Of a stretch of 64,000 nucleotides of DNA, positions 1 to 11,260 are shown piece by piece (the first letter of the stretch is position 1; each line of letters starts with the position of its first letter). Under the pieces are notes generated by a model. The model did not search any database, had not been told where the DNA came from, and worked only from the letters and a program-made list of their open reading frames with translations. The stretch lies in assembly GCA_020184695.1 (NCBI GenBank), contig JAANOX010000273.1, forward strand, positions 286,928 to 350,927, written 5' to 3'. The position numbers and the translations under genes are program-made. This DNA is from Histomonas meleagridis 2922-C6/04-290x. Lineage: Eukaryota > Protista > Parabasalia.

Positions 1-219
1 CGTGAAAATTAGTTCCTCCATGATAGAGTAAGCTCTTGTAGGCTTTATTATCTCTGGTTCTGGGTCATAAGATTGCCATGATTTTAAAACTGTCTCAGAA
101 GAATGTAATTGAGTACCAACTGGAAGCCGAACCTCAAGCGAGTGTCCTGGACCTGGTATTCTGATTGTACCTAAATCAACTGAGCCACCATCGTTTAACT
201 TGAGTTTAATGGTTTTCAT
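1..219 (-). CDS. Partial hypothetical protein running off the left edge (MKTIKLKLNDGGSVDLGTIRIPGPGHSLEVRLPVG...)
   Basis: Open frame from ATG at 219 to position 1 with no stop and coding-like composition. No family recognised. Confidence 0.4.
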   Translation of the reverse strand, partial: MKTIKLKLNDGGSVDLGTIRIPGPGHSLEVRLPVGTQLHSSETVLKSWQSYDPEPEIIKPTRAYSIMEELIFT

Positions 220-507
220 GAATGTTTTGTCTGGAGTGGCCACTTTTAAACATTCAATAGGACTTTTTCAATGGATTTCAATCGAAAAATGAAATTTCAA
301 TACGATGAATGTAAACTGTTTAAATGACTGGCCTACCCCTTGATTCAAAAACTACTTGTATCAGTTTCGGAGAGAAAAGGGTTGATCAAGGTTTTGAACT
401 CAAGTTAAAAACGGTAAGAGTGTTGATGCATAAAAACAAAACTTACTCAAAAAAAATATGGAAAATGATCCACCTGTAAAAGTTTCTCATGGTAAACGTT
501 TTAGGGG

Positions 508-621
508 AAAGTGACAAATTTATATTTTGCACTTTTTGCAAAACAAACAAATATTCTAAGACTTTTCAAATTTTTCTGACAGCGGTTTGGAAGACGGAAA
601 TTCATATCACATGTCCTTCAT
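508..621 (+). promoter_or_regulatory. Parabasalid-type core promoter motifs upstream of the Hsp70 gene
   Basis: AAAGTGAC at 508-515, an M3/MRE-like AGCGGTTT at 581-588 and an Inr-like TCATT at about 617-621, upstream of ATG 647. Motif identities are recalled from Trichomonas vaginalis promoter work. Confidence 0.45.
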
Positions 622-646
622 TGTAATGTGATATAAAAAAAAAGAA

Positions 647-2776
647 ATGATCATTTTTATTGGTTTTGTGGCTTCTACAATCCTCGGTATTGATATTGGA
701 AGTGAAAATACAAAAGCATCTATTGTTAGATTAGGAAAAAATATTGAGATTGCTTATAATAATAATTCAAATCAAGAATTATTTCCAACTTTTTTTGCAT
801 TTTGGAATACAACTGATCCTAAGCAAAATATATCAAAACACCATTGGTCTCTTGCAGATGTTCGAGAATGCTCTTGGTCATTTTTTGAAGATGCTCGTTC
901 TCATTATTTTAAATATCCAAATAATGTTATTACAGGACTAACACCACTCCTCGATCAAAAGAATGGCATCACGCGCAGGGAATCATTTGCAATTTTTTTG
1001 AAACATCTTCTTACAACAATTAATCAAGATGTATCGAGTTCCAATCTTATAATTTCTGTTGATCCATTTTTAACACGCCAAGAACGGTACGTCATACGTG
1101 AATCTGTAAAACTAGCTGGTGCTAATCTTAAACGAATTGTTGATTCTCCATCATCTGTTGCTTATTTATATTCCCAAGTTAAAAAACCATTTTATTCCAA
1201 ATCACCAAAAAATGTAGCATTTATTGATATAGGTGCCACCAAGACAATAGTGTCAATATTTAATTTTCGTTCAACTCCAGGAGATCCAATTGTACGTCAA
1301 CTTTCATTAACATATGACATCAATTTAGGAGGAAATGATATTGATGCACTTTTGTTTACACACTTTATCAGCAATCAAACGGTCTCTCCAAAGGTTCTTT
1401 ATAAGCTTAAACTTGCTAAAGAAAAACTTTCCATATATAGTACAGCAACTGTTTCATTAGGAAATAACAAAAAAATCACAATTTCCCGAAGTGACCTTGA
1501 ATTATTATTAACTGATTTCATTGATAAAATTGGATTTCTTTATAGAGAAGCACTTCAAAAAGCAAATCTTTCATTATATGATATTAATTCTGTCGAACTT
1601 ATTGGAGGAACAACACGAATTCCTTATATTCAAAGTAGCATTCAAAGTATTTCTGGAATTGGTTTTGTTAATAATTCCTTAAATCCAAACGAAGCGATTG
1701 CATTAGGATCAGGTTGTTATGAATATATAAAAGATGTACAAATTGAGTCATTATGTAATGAAAACATTTCTATTTTACATTTCAATAAAACAATTTCATT
1801 ATTTAATGAAACAAATTATATTAGTGATTCGACAACATATTTATATAATAAGAAAACTAATGGAAACATTTCAATTTTATATGGAAATCAACGAAATGAA
1901 ATTGTTAAATTTTATGTAAATCTTCCATCCAAAGCTTTAGATAATGTAACAATTCGATTAGACTTTGGTTTTGATGAATTCACATTACCCGGTATTTTTA
2001 ATATTATGACTAACAAACTTAAATCGAATAATATATCATTTTATTTACCAAAATGGACATTAACGAAACGCGAATTTAATCAAAGTCTTGGATTTATAAA
2101 ACGTATTAATGAAATAGAAGAAGAAAGAAAAAAGATTAAAAAAGCATTAAATGATTTCGAAACATATTTATATGATTCGAAAAAGAAATTCATTGAAAAT
2201 AATATATTTAAAGAAGTTACATTAAAAGAAGAATATGAAAATGTAATTAAATTAATTGACGATGATTTAAATTGGATATTTAATCAAACGAATAATATAA
2301 TACTTAATTCAAAAGTAATTAATAATCGATGGAAAAAAGTTAAAGATTTGATTGATAAAATCGAATTAAGAGCTTCAGAACTTCATAAAAGAGGAAAATC
2401 TTTCGATAATTTATTAAATATGATTAATATTGTTAATAAATCAATTAATGAAATATGGCCTGAAACTAGACCTTGGATGACAGAAAAGGTTTGGAATAAC
2501 ATAAATGAAGCTTTAAATCATGCAATTAAATATTATAAAAAATTTACAAAAAAACAAAAAAATTGTAAGGTGACAGATGACCCGAAAGTGTTAGCAAAAG
2601 ATATCGATATGCAAACTTATTATTTGGAAATCGCTTATAATCATTCATTAAGAGTTTCAGAACATCCACCAACACCAAAGCCACCAAAAACTCCAAACCC
2701 TTATGTGAAAACTTATAACTCTGTAGATGAACTTGAAAGAGATATACAAAAAAATAGAGAACGAAATGAATTATAA
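647..2776 (+). CDS. ER-lumenal Hsp70-superfamily chaperone (Grp170/HYOU1/Hsp110-like), 709 aa
   Basis: Hydrophobic N-terminal signal, GIDIG phosphate-1 motif, DIGAT and LGGNDID, ELIGGTTRIPYIQ, NPNEAIALG, helical C-terminal lid, and C-terminal RNEL (KDEL-like). Confidence 0.85.
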   Translation: MIIFIGFVASTILGIDIGSENTKASIVRLGKNIEIAYNNNSNQELFPTFFAFWNTTDPKQNISKHHWSLADVRECSWSFFEDARSHYFKYPNNVITGLTPLLDQKNGITRRESFAIFLKHLLTTINQDVSSSNLIISVDPFLTRQERYVIRESVKLAGANLKRIVDSPSSVAYLYSQVKKPFYSKSPKNVAFIDIGATKTIVSIFNFRSTPGDPIVRQLSLTYDINLGGNDIDALLFTHFISNQTVSPKVLYKLKLAKEKLSIYSTATVSLGNNKKITISRSDLELLLTDFIDKIGFLYREALQKANLSLYDINSVELIGGTTRIPYIQSSIQSISGIGFVNNSLNPNEAIALGSGCYEYIKDVQIESLCNENISILHFNKTISLFNETNYISDSTTYLYNKKTNGNISILYGNQRNEIVKFYVNLPSKALDNVTIRLDFGFDEFTLPGIFNIMTNKLKSNNISFYLPKWTLTKREFNQSLGFIKRINEIEEERKKIKKALNDFETYLYDSKKKFIENNIFKEVTLKEEYENVIKLIDDDLNWIFNQTNNIILNSKVINNRWKKVKDLIDKIELRASELHKRGKSFDNLLNMINIVNKSINEIWPETRPWMTEKVWNNINEALNHAIKYYKKFTKKQKNCKVTDDPKVLAKDIDMQTYYLEIAYNHSLRVSEHPPTPKPPKTPNPYVKTYNSVDELERDIQKNRERNEL

Positions 2777-3549
2777 ATTTAATATTATAGATTAAACATT
2801 TATAACTTTTGAACTATTTTTATAAATTTTGCTGTGTACTATTATAAATTGATCTCGTTTTTATTTGTTGTTTAACGTCGGGAATGTGCTCTGTGCTTTT
2901 TGCAAGATTTACAATTTTTTTATACTTGTTCAAAATAAGGGCTTATCATGATAAGTTTTCTTCAGGTTCCCATATATTCTCTCTATCAGGAAAACCCAGA
3001 TATTTTATTAAATAATAGGCTTTTCCTTTTAATGTCTTATTACCTTTGACGCAACTTGGTATGTTTCAGACATAATTTATATACTGAACTCACTTTTTAT
3101 AAAGGGGGCAAAAAGTAATGAGCCCACCCTAATAATAAAAACATATATATAAAACATAAATTATTTAAAAGATTTGAGAGTGTATAAAATTTTTGTTAAT
3201 TATGACATTTGAGCATATTTGCTATATAATGAGATTTTTGTTTAAATTTGTCAATAGTCAAAAAAAACGTTAAAATGTCATATTTCATGACTTCCTTCCC
3301 GACAATTGCACCGGCGGTTATGATCGTTTTTAAGTGAAAAAGCGTAGCTAGTGCTTTTGTAACAAAGAAAATTATCTGGTTGAAGCTATACAAAGAAATT
3401 GTTTTAAAAATTTGAAGGGAATACGAATTTGAATTCTAAATATTGGTAAATTTTTATTCATTACAGATGTATCAATATCATATTCACATATCTCAGCGCA
3501 GAATTTTTTGGTCTTATCGTTTTTCAAATCACATGTCATATATATAACA

Positions 3550-3780
3550 ATGAGCAACCATTGCGCTTCTCAAAATGATTCAATATGGGGAGACCTTTCA
3601 GCTGCTTTCTCGAAATCCACAGTCAGCAGCCAACAAGTTGTTGAGGAAGACGAGCAACCTATTGTTCAAAGGATCGGAACCCCAAGACCCAAAGTTAATC
3701 CCACAAGAAAGCCAGAAGAAGGAAAAGATGCAGACGCTATTAAAAAAATAAATTTAAACATGGATGAAGAAGATATCTAA
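3550..3780 (+). CDS. Small acidic hypothetical protein (76 aa from ATG 3550)
   Basis: Higher-GC open frame MSNHCASQNDSIWGDLSAAF...MDEEDI with an ATG start and TAA stop. No family recognised. Confidence 0.5.
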   Translation: MSNHCASQNDSIWGDLSAAFSKSTVSSQQVVEEDEQPIVQRIGTPRPKVNPTRKPEEGKDADAIKKINLNMDEEDI

Positions 3781-4438
3781 TCATAATCCTTTATCGATAA
3801 AGTATTTATTCGAATTTAAACAACTGATACATTTTGTGTTTTTTTGAGATTTTGATACATCTTTCTTCTTAAATTTGTAATTGTTTGAGTGGGCAATTTT
3901 TGTATGTTCACTTACTTTTCTAAGGAAATCATATTATATTTTACTACTTGCGAGCAAGAAAAAATTTCTAAGTAGGTTAAATGAATCACTTGTCTGGATC
4001 TGAGATGTTTGCAAACATGAACATTGCAAAGAAATTTTATGTCAAAAATTTTCTTAGAAACAAATTATGCCAGTGAGCACAATTAAACACGAATATTTTG
4101 GAAAAAAATTTGAATTTAATAATGAAACCTAATTTTTTTACTTTAATATATACAGTAATGCCAAACATAAAATAAAAGTAGAATCAAGAAAATATTTAAA
4201 ATATCTTGAAATTAATTGATACTCATCTTGTTTTCCAAAACACCCATAAAGCCACATCACAACAATTAATTTTATTCTCTCTTCGGACTCGTATAAAAAA
4301 AAAATATAAATTATCACAATAATCATTAGTCGCATTCACTTATGAAATGCTACGTAAAATATTTTACGAAGATGTTTAACTTCATGAAAAATTTAAAGAA
4401 ATAGATTTCAAAATTATCATCATGTAAAAAATCAGGTA

Positions 4439-4669
4439 ATGACACAATACATGGTCGAAAAAAGGCAAAAAGTAGTTAGTTATGTGTATTGTGTCATGGT
4501 TGAGATAATCCGCGGGTGTACAGATACACAAATATACCGAAAAACAGGCATTTCAAGATCATTTATTCGGAAAATCAGAAACCAATTAAGAAATGGTGAA
4601 AACATTTTTGAGATGAAAATAAAATTATTTCCTCTCCTGAGAGTACATGGGAAAGTATTAGTCGATTAG
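4439..4669 (+). pseudogene. Helix-turn-helix fragment, probably a transposase N-terminus remnant
   Basis: TDTQIYRKTGISRSFIRKIRNQL resembles an HTH. No catalytic domain follows. Confidence 0.3.
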
Positions 4670-5159
4670 AGATTCATGACATCATTAACTCAATGCATAA
4701 CAGATTAATTGGTGTTATAAAAAACAATAATTTTTCTTGTGGCTACTAAATTGATTTTTTATGTACGAAAATTGAATGGATCTATATCAAATAAAGATAC
4801 TCCATCATTTCTGGAGTTTATGATTTTTGAACTCAGTTTACAATTAAAAACGATCAAAATGGAGTAATTTTTTTTGGAGGACTTAATATTAGATCAATTC
4901 AAATATTACATTATGTACTCAACGGAATGACATTCGTATACGAATATTATTTTAGAAATGTTAATAGTTTATTCAGATAATTTTTCTCAATTATCAGATT
5001 TTTTATTGAATATAACTTATCAAAAAAATCATGATTTTGATTAAAAGTTTGTGCTATATGAAGTTTGATCGTCAGTGACCGTTAAATTCACGACTTTGGT
5101 AGGATTATTCATTTTTCAGCTATAATTCATCAAACGCATTAATATTTTCATTTTCTACA

Positions 5160-5570
5160 GATTTGCAATTAAAAAAAATTTCATCAGATGAACCATCATC
5201 ATCGTCATTATCTTCTTCATATATTGGATCTATTAAGTGTCATGCATTCATAATATTTTTGCGTAATTTTTTCCAACATTTTAGAAACAAATCAGCTGCT
5301 TCTCCTTTTGTAAATGGATTCACAAAAAATCGTCAAAATTGGAACCCTGACATCAAGATGTTGAAACTTTTCAGTAGCAGATGTTGAGATGAATATCAGC
5401 TCAATTTGATTATTTTCAGCTTCTTCTTCAACAGCTTTTGTTATATGTGATTTATATCGATCACACATATAAGCAAACATTTATTTTTTCCTTTCCCCTT
5501 GCGCAGTGATTTTAAGTATTCTATCATGCACGCCTCAGATGTATTTCCTCCCTTTGAATAAAGGATTTCA
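5160..5570 (-). pseudogene. pogo/Tigger-like (DDE_1) transposase remnant
   Basis: Frameshifted frame MIEYLKSL...KCLLIC/DRYKSHITKAVEEEAENNQIELIFISTSATEKFQHLDV matches the DDE_1 pattern LLIxDxxxSH...IPxxxTxxxQPLDV. An acidic tail follows. Confidence 0.7.
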
Positions 5571-5720
5571 TATTTACTTGCATTTGAAATATCAAATTAT
5601 AAAATAAAATTTCAATTGAAAATAATCGGATACAGAAAGAAATTCATTTTCATAAAATGAAACATAATCAACAAGGTCAAGGTCAAGAACAGGATAATTA
5701 TCAATAGGTTAATTAGGAAT

Positions 5721-6009
5721 ATGAACCCAGGATCCAACCGTTGGGTATTTACTTTCAATCAATTGAAGATGAACAAATATTCATGAACCCACCACAAATG
5801 ACTTTAGATATAATACGATATATGATGATTGGCATTGAACGTGCTCCAAGAACAGGTACATTGCACTTACTGGGTCATATAAATTTCAATTCAAGAGTTT
5901 ATAAAAGAACAGTGAAAAAATTTTTAAGCTGATTTGCTAGAGCATATTTAGATTTTGCAAAAGGAACAGAGAACAAAATATTAATTATTGCAAGAAGGAA
6001 GGGGACTTT
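5721..6009 (+). pseudogene. rep: Endogenous CRESS-DNA-virus Rep, HUH endonuclease domain only
   Basis: RCR motif I RWVFTFN (5742-5759), motif II ERAPRTGTLHLLG (HLLG 5864-5875; canonical HLQG) and motif III YCKKEG (5986-6003). These are joined by two frameshifts and one TGA. Confidence 0.8.
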
Positions 6010-6533
6010 TGTAAAGCTACTGCAATTAGATTTCCACCTGTCCTTTTGAAGACAATATTACAAAGTTGTTTTCTTTTAACAACTAATCCTGGAAGAATAT
6101 ATTGTGTTCTTAGAAAATCTTTGACTTCCTCTTGCCCTCGAGTAAATCTTCTTCTCCAAACCATATTGTTTTCCAAAGCGATAACTTTTGTCTTCTTTTT
6201 ACTTCTTCCGTTTTGATAAAACGTATAAAGGATTATCTGTTTTGGAAAAAAATGAAATTTTAAATAATTAATTATTTAAACTCGTAATTAATGTATCCAA
6301 ATGGCTTCGACCTTGGCTATATTGGTGAAACAATCAATCAATTTCCTTCTTGAAATAAATGTATAGAGTGTGAAGGAATAAATATTTATCATACGTTTTT
6401 CCCAGTTAATTTTTTAAATAGATCTTTTCTATTTAATTAAATAGATCTTTTTTTATGCTATAATGATAGAAGTTGAGAATAAAGTCACTTTTTGAGCGAG
6501 GTTCAAAAAGTGACATCTACTTGTAATTTTGAA

Positions 6534-7118
6534 ATGACTCAACCTCAATATAGAGTTGTTTTAGTTGGAAGTTCTTGTGTAGGTAAAACAGCTATCATCA
6601 CCCGCCGTGTGAAAGGTGAGAAACCTTCAAATTATTCAGAAACCATAGGTGCTGCATTTTTCACATACAAAGAAAAGATTGACGATGAAGAAGTTGAAAT
6701 TCAAGTGTGGGACACTGCTGGACAAGAAAAGTATAGAGCACTTGGTCCAGTTTACTTTAGAAATGCAAACGCTGGTATTTTTGTTTATGATGTTACTGAT
6801 CAAGAATCTTTTAATTCATTGCAATTTTGGATTACTTCCTTTCAAGAAACAGCTGGTGTTGATATACCAATTTTTATTGTAGGTAACAAAGTTGATCTTG
6901 AAGATAATATTGTTGTTGAGATATCAATGGGCCAAAAATTTGCACAAGACCACGGCTATTCCTTCTTTCCTACCTCTGCTGTTACAGGCCGAAACATCAA
7001 TTTTCTATTTCAAAAAGTTGCGGATACAGTTTATCACCAAGGTGACCAATTTGTCCACAAAAAGAACAACATCCAGCCGGGTTTACCTGAAGCCAATGAC
7101 GAAACCAAATGCTGCTAA
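6534..7118 (+). CDS. Rab-family small GTPase (194 aa from ATG 6534)
   Basis: GSSCVGKT P-loop, TIGAAF effector region, WDTAGQE, GNKVD, SA motif and C-terminal CC prenylation site. Upstream AAAGTGAC in both orientations (6484-6491, 6507-6514). Confidence 0.95.
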   Translation: MTQPQYRVVLVGSSCVGKTAIITRRVKGEKPSNYSETIGAAFFTYKEKIDDEEVEIQVWDTAGQEKYRALGPVYFRNANAGIFVYDVTDQESFNSLQFWITSFQETAGVDIPIFIVGNKVDLEDNIVVEISMGQKFAQDHGYSFFPTSAVTGRNINFLFQKVADTVYHQGDQFVHKKNNIQPGLPEANDETKCC

Positions 7119-7154
7119 TAAATTAATTTTTATAAAAATTTATTTTTTATTCTA

Positions 7155-9689
7155 TCAAACATCATCAACTTTATTATCCTTTTCAGCGTTGAACTCCAAC
7201 AACTGGAACATTTTCTCTACAGTTGGTAAATTCTTCCAGAAATCCAAACTTTCTTTATCCACGTTTGCCTTAACGGCCTTTTCATTCAAATGATTTGTCA
7301 AATTTTTATTCAAATTTTCAAGCGATGGTTTGACGAATTGTTTTATGAACATTTCGCCTTCACTTGAAGGTAATCTTTCGACTTCCAAATCTCTTGAAGC
7401 CAACAAATAAGCGTGAAAAATTATATTTCCCAATTCTACTGAGAAATGAGACAATGGTTGCATTAACCATATTACGAGGATTACTAAAGAAAGTATCACA
7501 GGCATTTCGGAATTAGTTCTTTCCAAAAGAAGTGAAAAAGCTTTTTGTAAGAAACGAGTGTATTGTTTGAAGTCATTTTCATCGAGAGGCGGCATTAAAA
7601 ATAAGTCGAATCCATTCGCGCCCAAATAATTTAAATGAATTGTTGGCGTTGCTAATTCGATATTTAACTTTGTATCCCATTTCCCAAAATGTATATAATC
7701 TTCTTGAATTAAACTATAAACATTTTCGAAAGTTGGGATTTTCGTCATTTCGAAGTTGTCATTAACATTAATATTACAATTTTCAAGTTCATCCACGAAA
7801 TCATTTTTGATGATATTTAAAGCGTTTTTAATGACAACGCCAAAACGTGGCGAACGTCTTTCTCCATGATGTAAATAGAATTTAGGAGCGTAATTCTTGT
7901 TTTCATGTACCCATTTAATATCATTATGTAAATCAGCATATGACATAATGATTTGTATAGGTTTTAATGCTTCAATCCAAGAAATGTTATTATTTATAAA
8001 ATAATTGTTTTTCATTTGATATGTTAAATATAATACACTAAAACCTAAACAACGAATAATTCGTGGATTCGAAATTACTTCGGGTGCAAAAGGTAAACAT
8101 TTTAATCCTAATCTATCAGCATCGGATATCATTTTCTTTTCGATTTTTGTATATTGTATATTACTATTTATGAAATGAAATTCATTTAAATTAATTTCAG
8201 ATTTAATTTTCATTTCGTTATTATCATTTGTTAATATTACAGATATTTCTTTGTCTTTATTATTAATTAAATTAATTAATGTTTTATAAATCGATAATGA
8301 ACTTTTTAATGTTAATGGAGTACTATTATCAAAACTAAATAAATCACCGCCAACATTAATATTATTATAATTCATTTGACATATATTAATATCATTACTT
8401 TGCTTATTTGAAGCTTCACTTAAAATTTTTAATATTTTTAATGCTTCATATTCATTACTTGATTGTAATAATGATAATGAATACATTAATAATGTATCAG
8501 CATCATTTTGTTTTAAGTTTAATGAGTTCTTATAATATAAAACAGAATTTTTATAATTCCCACATTCATACATATAATCGGCTGCTGTTCTATATAAAAA
8601 AAATGATGGCATTAATTCAAGAGCTTTCATCAAATGTGTTATCGATTCTTTAATATGACCTTGATCACGTCGAATTAAATATGAGATATAATACGTACGA
8701 TAATCAACGTTAGAATTGTTATTAAATGCACATGTTAATGAATGTGATGCATGTGGGATATCTCCAATTGCATAAAAACATTCCGAAATTAACGTGAAGA
8801 TCTTGCTGTCATAATATCGTTCAGGTACACTGCGGAAATCATTTAAAGCTAAAGTGAAATAGCGGCGAAGCATTTGAAGTTTGGCACGTTCAATAATTGC
8901 TTCAAAATCATTCGGATTACGTGAGATAGCGGTGGACAAATCAATTATGGCACACGTGTATTGCCCTAATGAAGCATGTGCTATGGCACGATACTTACAG
9001 CACTCTGAAATGTCAATTTGTGAATCAATAACTATCGTCAAATCATCAATCGCTCGTTTCCATTGACCAACTAAGACAGACGCAATACCACGCCCACGGT
9101 ACGCTTGAATGTTATGCTTGTTGTTGGATATAATCACATTAAAATGTGCAATGGAATGATTTAATGAATTATTTCGTAACTCTGAAAACGCATGTTGTGT
9201 ATCACTGTCATCGTATATATGATGGGGATCAAATTCGTCAATAAAATTTAGAAAGTCATTGACTTTAAATTTAAATGAATATAAATGTGTGCGAAGATTA
9301 TGATTACAAACTAAACATTGCATTAATGTATAATACGAAATGGGGCCTCCATAATCGAGCCCTTTTTGCAATGAATTTACAGAATTAAAATCATCACCAA
9401 GCCACAAATAAGCAACACCTTGGATTAAATAAGCAAAAGAAGTTGGCTCAATTTGAATAGCATAGTTGCAATCAGCTATAGAAGAAGATACCATTTGTAT
9501 TGATAATTTAGCTAAAGCACGATTTAAATAGAATGCTACTTGCCTGTCTTTATTTTCTTCTGATTGGAGGTTGTCTGTATAAAATTCAATTGCATAGGAT
9601 GCTTGATCACGTTCAATAAATTGTTTTAATTTTTCGATTGAAGATACCTCCATCTGAAAATTGACTATGTTTGTTTCAATTTCAATCAT
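7155..9689 (-). CDS. TPR protein, TTC13/SRFR1-like (844 aa)
   Basis: Multiple TPR helical pairs (e.g. AYRGRGIASVLVGQWKRAIDDLTIVI). C-terminal blocks (NPRIIRCLGFSVL, ISWIEAL...KWV, GFDLFLMPP, QPLSHF) resemble by recall the TTC13/SRFR1 C-terminal domain. Confidence 0.7.
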   Translation of the reverse strand: MIEIETNIVNFQMEVSSIEKLKQFIERDQASYAIEFYTDNLQSEENKDRQVAFYLNRALAKLSIQMVSSSIADCNYAIQIEPTSFAYLIQGVAYLWLGDDFNSVNSLQKGLDYGGPISYYTLMQCLVCNHNLRTHLYSFKFKVNDFLNFIDEFDPHHIYDDSDTQHAFSELRNNSLNHSIAHFNVIISNNKHNIQAYRGRGIASVLVGQWKRAIDDLTIVIDSQIDISECCKYRAIAHASLGQYTCAIIDLSTAISRNPNDFEAIIERAKLQMLRRYFTLALNDFRSVPERYYDSKIFTLISECFYAIGDIPHASHSLTCAFNNNSNVDYRTYYISYLIRRDQGHIKESITHLMKALELMPSFFLYRTAADYMYECGNYKNSVLYYKNSLNLKQNDADTLLMYSLSLLQSSNEYEALKILKILSEASNKQSNDINICQMNYNNINVGGDLFSFDNSTPLTLKSSLSIYKTLINLINNKDKEISVILTNDNNEMKIKSEINLNEFHFINSNIQYTKIEKKMISDADRLGLKCLPFAPEVISNPRIIRCLGFSVLYLTYQMKNNYFINNNISWIEALKPIQIIMSYADLHNDIKWVHENKNYAPKFYLHHGERRSPRFGVVIKNALNIIKNDFVDELENCNINVNDNFEMTKIPTFENVYSLIQEDYIHFGKWDTKLNIELATPTIHLNYLGANGFDLFLMPPLDENDFKQYTRFLQKAFSLLLERTNSEMPVILSLVILVIWLMQPLSHFSVELGNIIFHAYLLASRDLEVERLPSSEGEMFIKQFVKPSLENLNKNLTNHLNEKAVKANVDKESLDFWKNLPTVEKMFQLLEFNAEKDNKVDDV

Positions 9690-10053
9690 TGTAAAAGTTT
9701 GGAAGAAATACCAAGGAATTTCAGGGTTAATTTAAGTTAAGTATACTTATCTCAATGAATAAAGGATATTTCGAAAATCTGTCTTCCCTTATCACAAAAA
9801 TCTCCATATAAGCCAAAAAAATTCGTTTTTATCACTAAATAAGGCAATATACACACATAGTTTCATTTCTCATTTTATCTCTCTCTTTCATACATCTGTG
9901 ATTTACTTAATTATTTTTTGTATTTTTGCCTATTTTGTTTAATTTTTTAGTATCAAAGTAGGTTGATAAATTTCTTTGAAAAATTTAAATATGAAAACGT
10001 TAATTTTTTCTTAAATACTAGATTTATCTTCATTGGCGGTTTTAACACCACAG

Positions 10054-10707
10054 ATGATTGGTCCAGATCAAATTTCATACAAGACGAAAGTCGAAAGACA
10101 ACTTTACATTCGTATTCACCGCCTACCTAAACCCACATTAGTTTCAAACTTTGTCACCAATAAAGTATTGGTTACATCACCAGTTGGATTTAATGTTGAG
10201 TTCATTAAACAATATCTTTCCCAATTTGGCAAGGTCGTAAGCACCAAATTCCAACCAAGTAATACCAAACTTATAGTTACGTATTATGACGTCAGATCAG
10301 CAGCACAACTTGTTTACTATGGTCCTGATTTTGAAATAAGTGGCTACAAGCTTCGTTATAGTTTTGTTGATCTGTCTTCACATGAAACTCTCGAAAAGAA
10401 TTGCTTTTCTGTTTATATAAAATCCCCAGATGAAAAAGTCAATTTGAACTTAACAAAAGAAGAAATAACTAGTGCCATGAAATCCGTCGGTGAGGTACGA
10501 CAAATTGTACCAATTAATCATAATGAATTTATCATTCAATTTTACGATCTCAGAGCAGTAAAACGTTTCTATGAAGACAGTAATTTTATAATCGGAAGTG
10601 TGAACTGTTGTGTCACTCCGGTATCAGATAAATTCTTATATTGTCCCAATAATGATTCCAATAATGAGATCATTACTGGTGAAACAAAACTAAAGTGGGT
10701 AAATTAA
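10054..10707 (+). CDS. Tandem-RRM RNA-binding protein, Mei2-like RRM1/RRM2 type (217 aa from ATG 10054)
   Basis: Two RRMs with the signatures FGKV...VTYYDVRSA and GEVRQI...IQFYDLRA. Inr-like TCATT at 10030-10034. Confidence 0.7.
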   Translation: MIGPDQISYKTKVERQLYIRIHRLPKPTLVSNFVTNKVLVTSPVGFNVEFIKQYLSQFGKVVSTKFQPSNTKLIVTYYDVRSAAQLVYYGPDFEISGYKLRYSFVDLSSHETLEKNCFSVYIKSPDEKVNLNLTKEEITSAMKSVGEVRQIVPINHNEFIIQFYDLRAVKRFYEDSNFIIGSVNCCVTPVSDKFLYCPNNDSNNEIITGETKLKWVN

Positions 10708-10813
10708 AGGAATATGTGTTTTGGTAGCAGGTTGGTAACTGTAATTTATCATCTTGTCAATAAAACAATGTTTAAATTGAATTTACAAAACATGTTTATT
10801 ATATTTTAAAATT

Positions 10814-11260
10814 TTATGAATCTTGTGATTCACTTGGTTGATTTTGTGTTTCTGGTTCTTGCAGATCTTGTGAGTCATTTTCTTGTGATATTGGTAAATC
10901 TTTGGAATTTATGGTTGTAATTATGGTACCTGAGGGGACTAGCTGCCTTCTCATGGCTTTCCTTTTCAAACAGTAATTTATGATTAGCATTGGTATAAAA
11001 GATAATATTCCAATAATAGGTGCAACAACACTAAGGATAATTGCTCCTTGAGCTAATTTATCTACAGCAATTATGTCAGATGATATAGAGTCTATTATTT
11101 TCATTTCAAGTGTTGGCGCAGGAGATGATGATGGAATTATTATATTACTATTTTTGCGTAAGGTGGTTTGAGGCCTATTCCACTGTCTCTTCATATCTGA
11201 TCTGGTTGGTTTATTTTCATTTGAGCTTATTTTGAGGAAAAAAACCAAAATAGGCAACAT
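10814..11260 (-). CDS. Small single-pass membrane protein (148 aa)
   Basis: N-terminal hydrophobic signal, one TM segment (GAIILSVVAPIIGILSFIPMLIINYCL), then basic KRKAMRR and an acidic tail. Confidence 0.65.
   Translation of the reverse strand: MLPILVFFLKISSNENKPTRSDMKRQWNRPQTTLRKNSNIIIPSSSPAPTLEMKIIDSISSDIIAVDKLAQGAIILSVVAPIIGILSFIPMLIINYCLKRKAMRRQLVPSGTIITTINSKDLPISQENDSQDLQEPETQNQPSESQDS

Noticed and set aside
4901-4909. AAATATTAC nonanucleotide upstream of the first Rep fragment
   Set aside because: There is no flanking stem, and it is expected by chance in AT-rich DNA.
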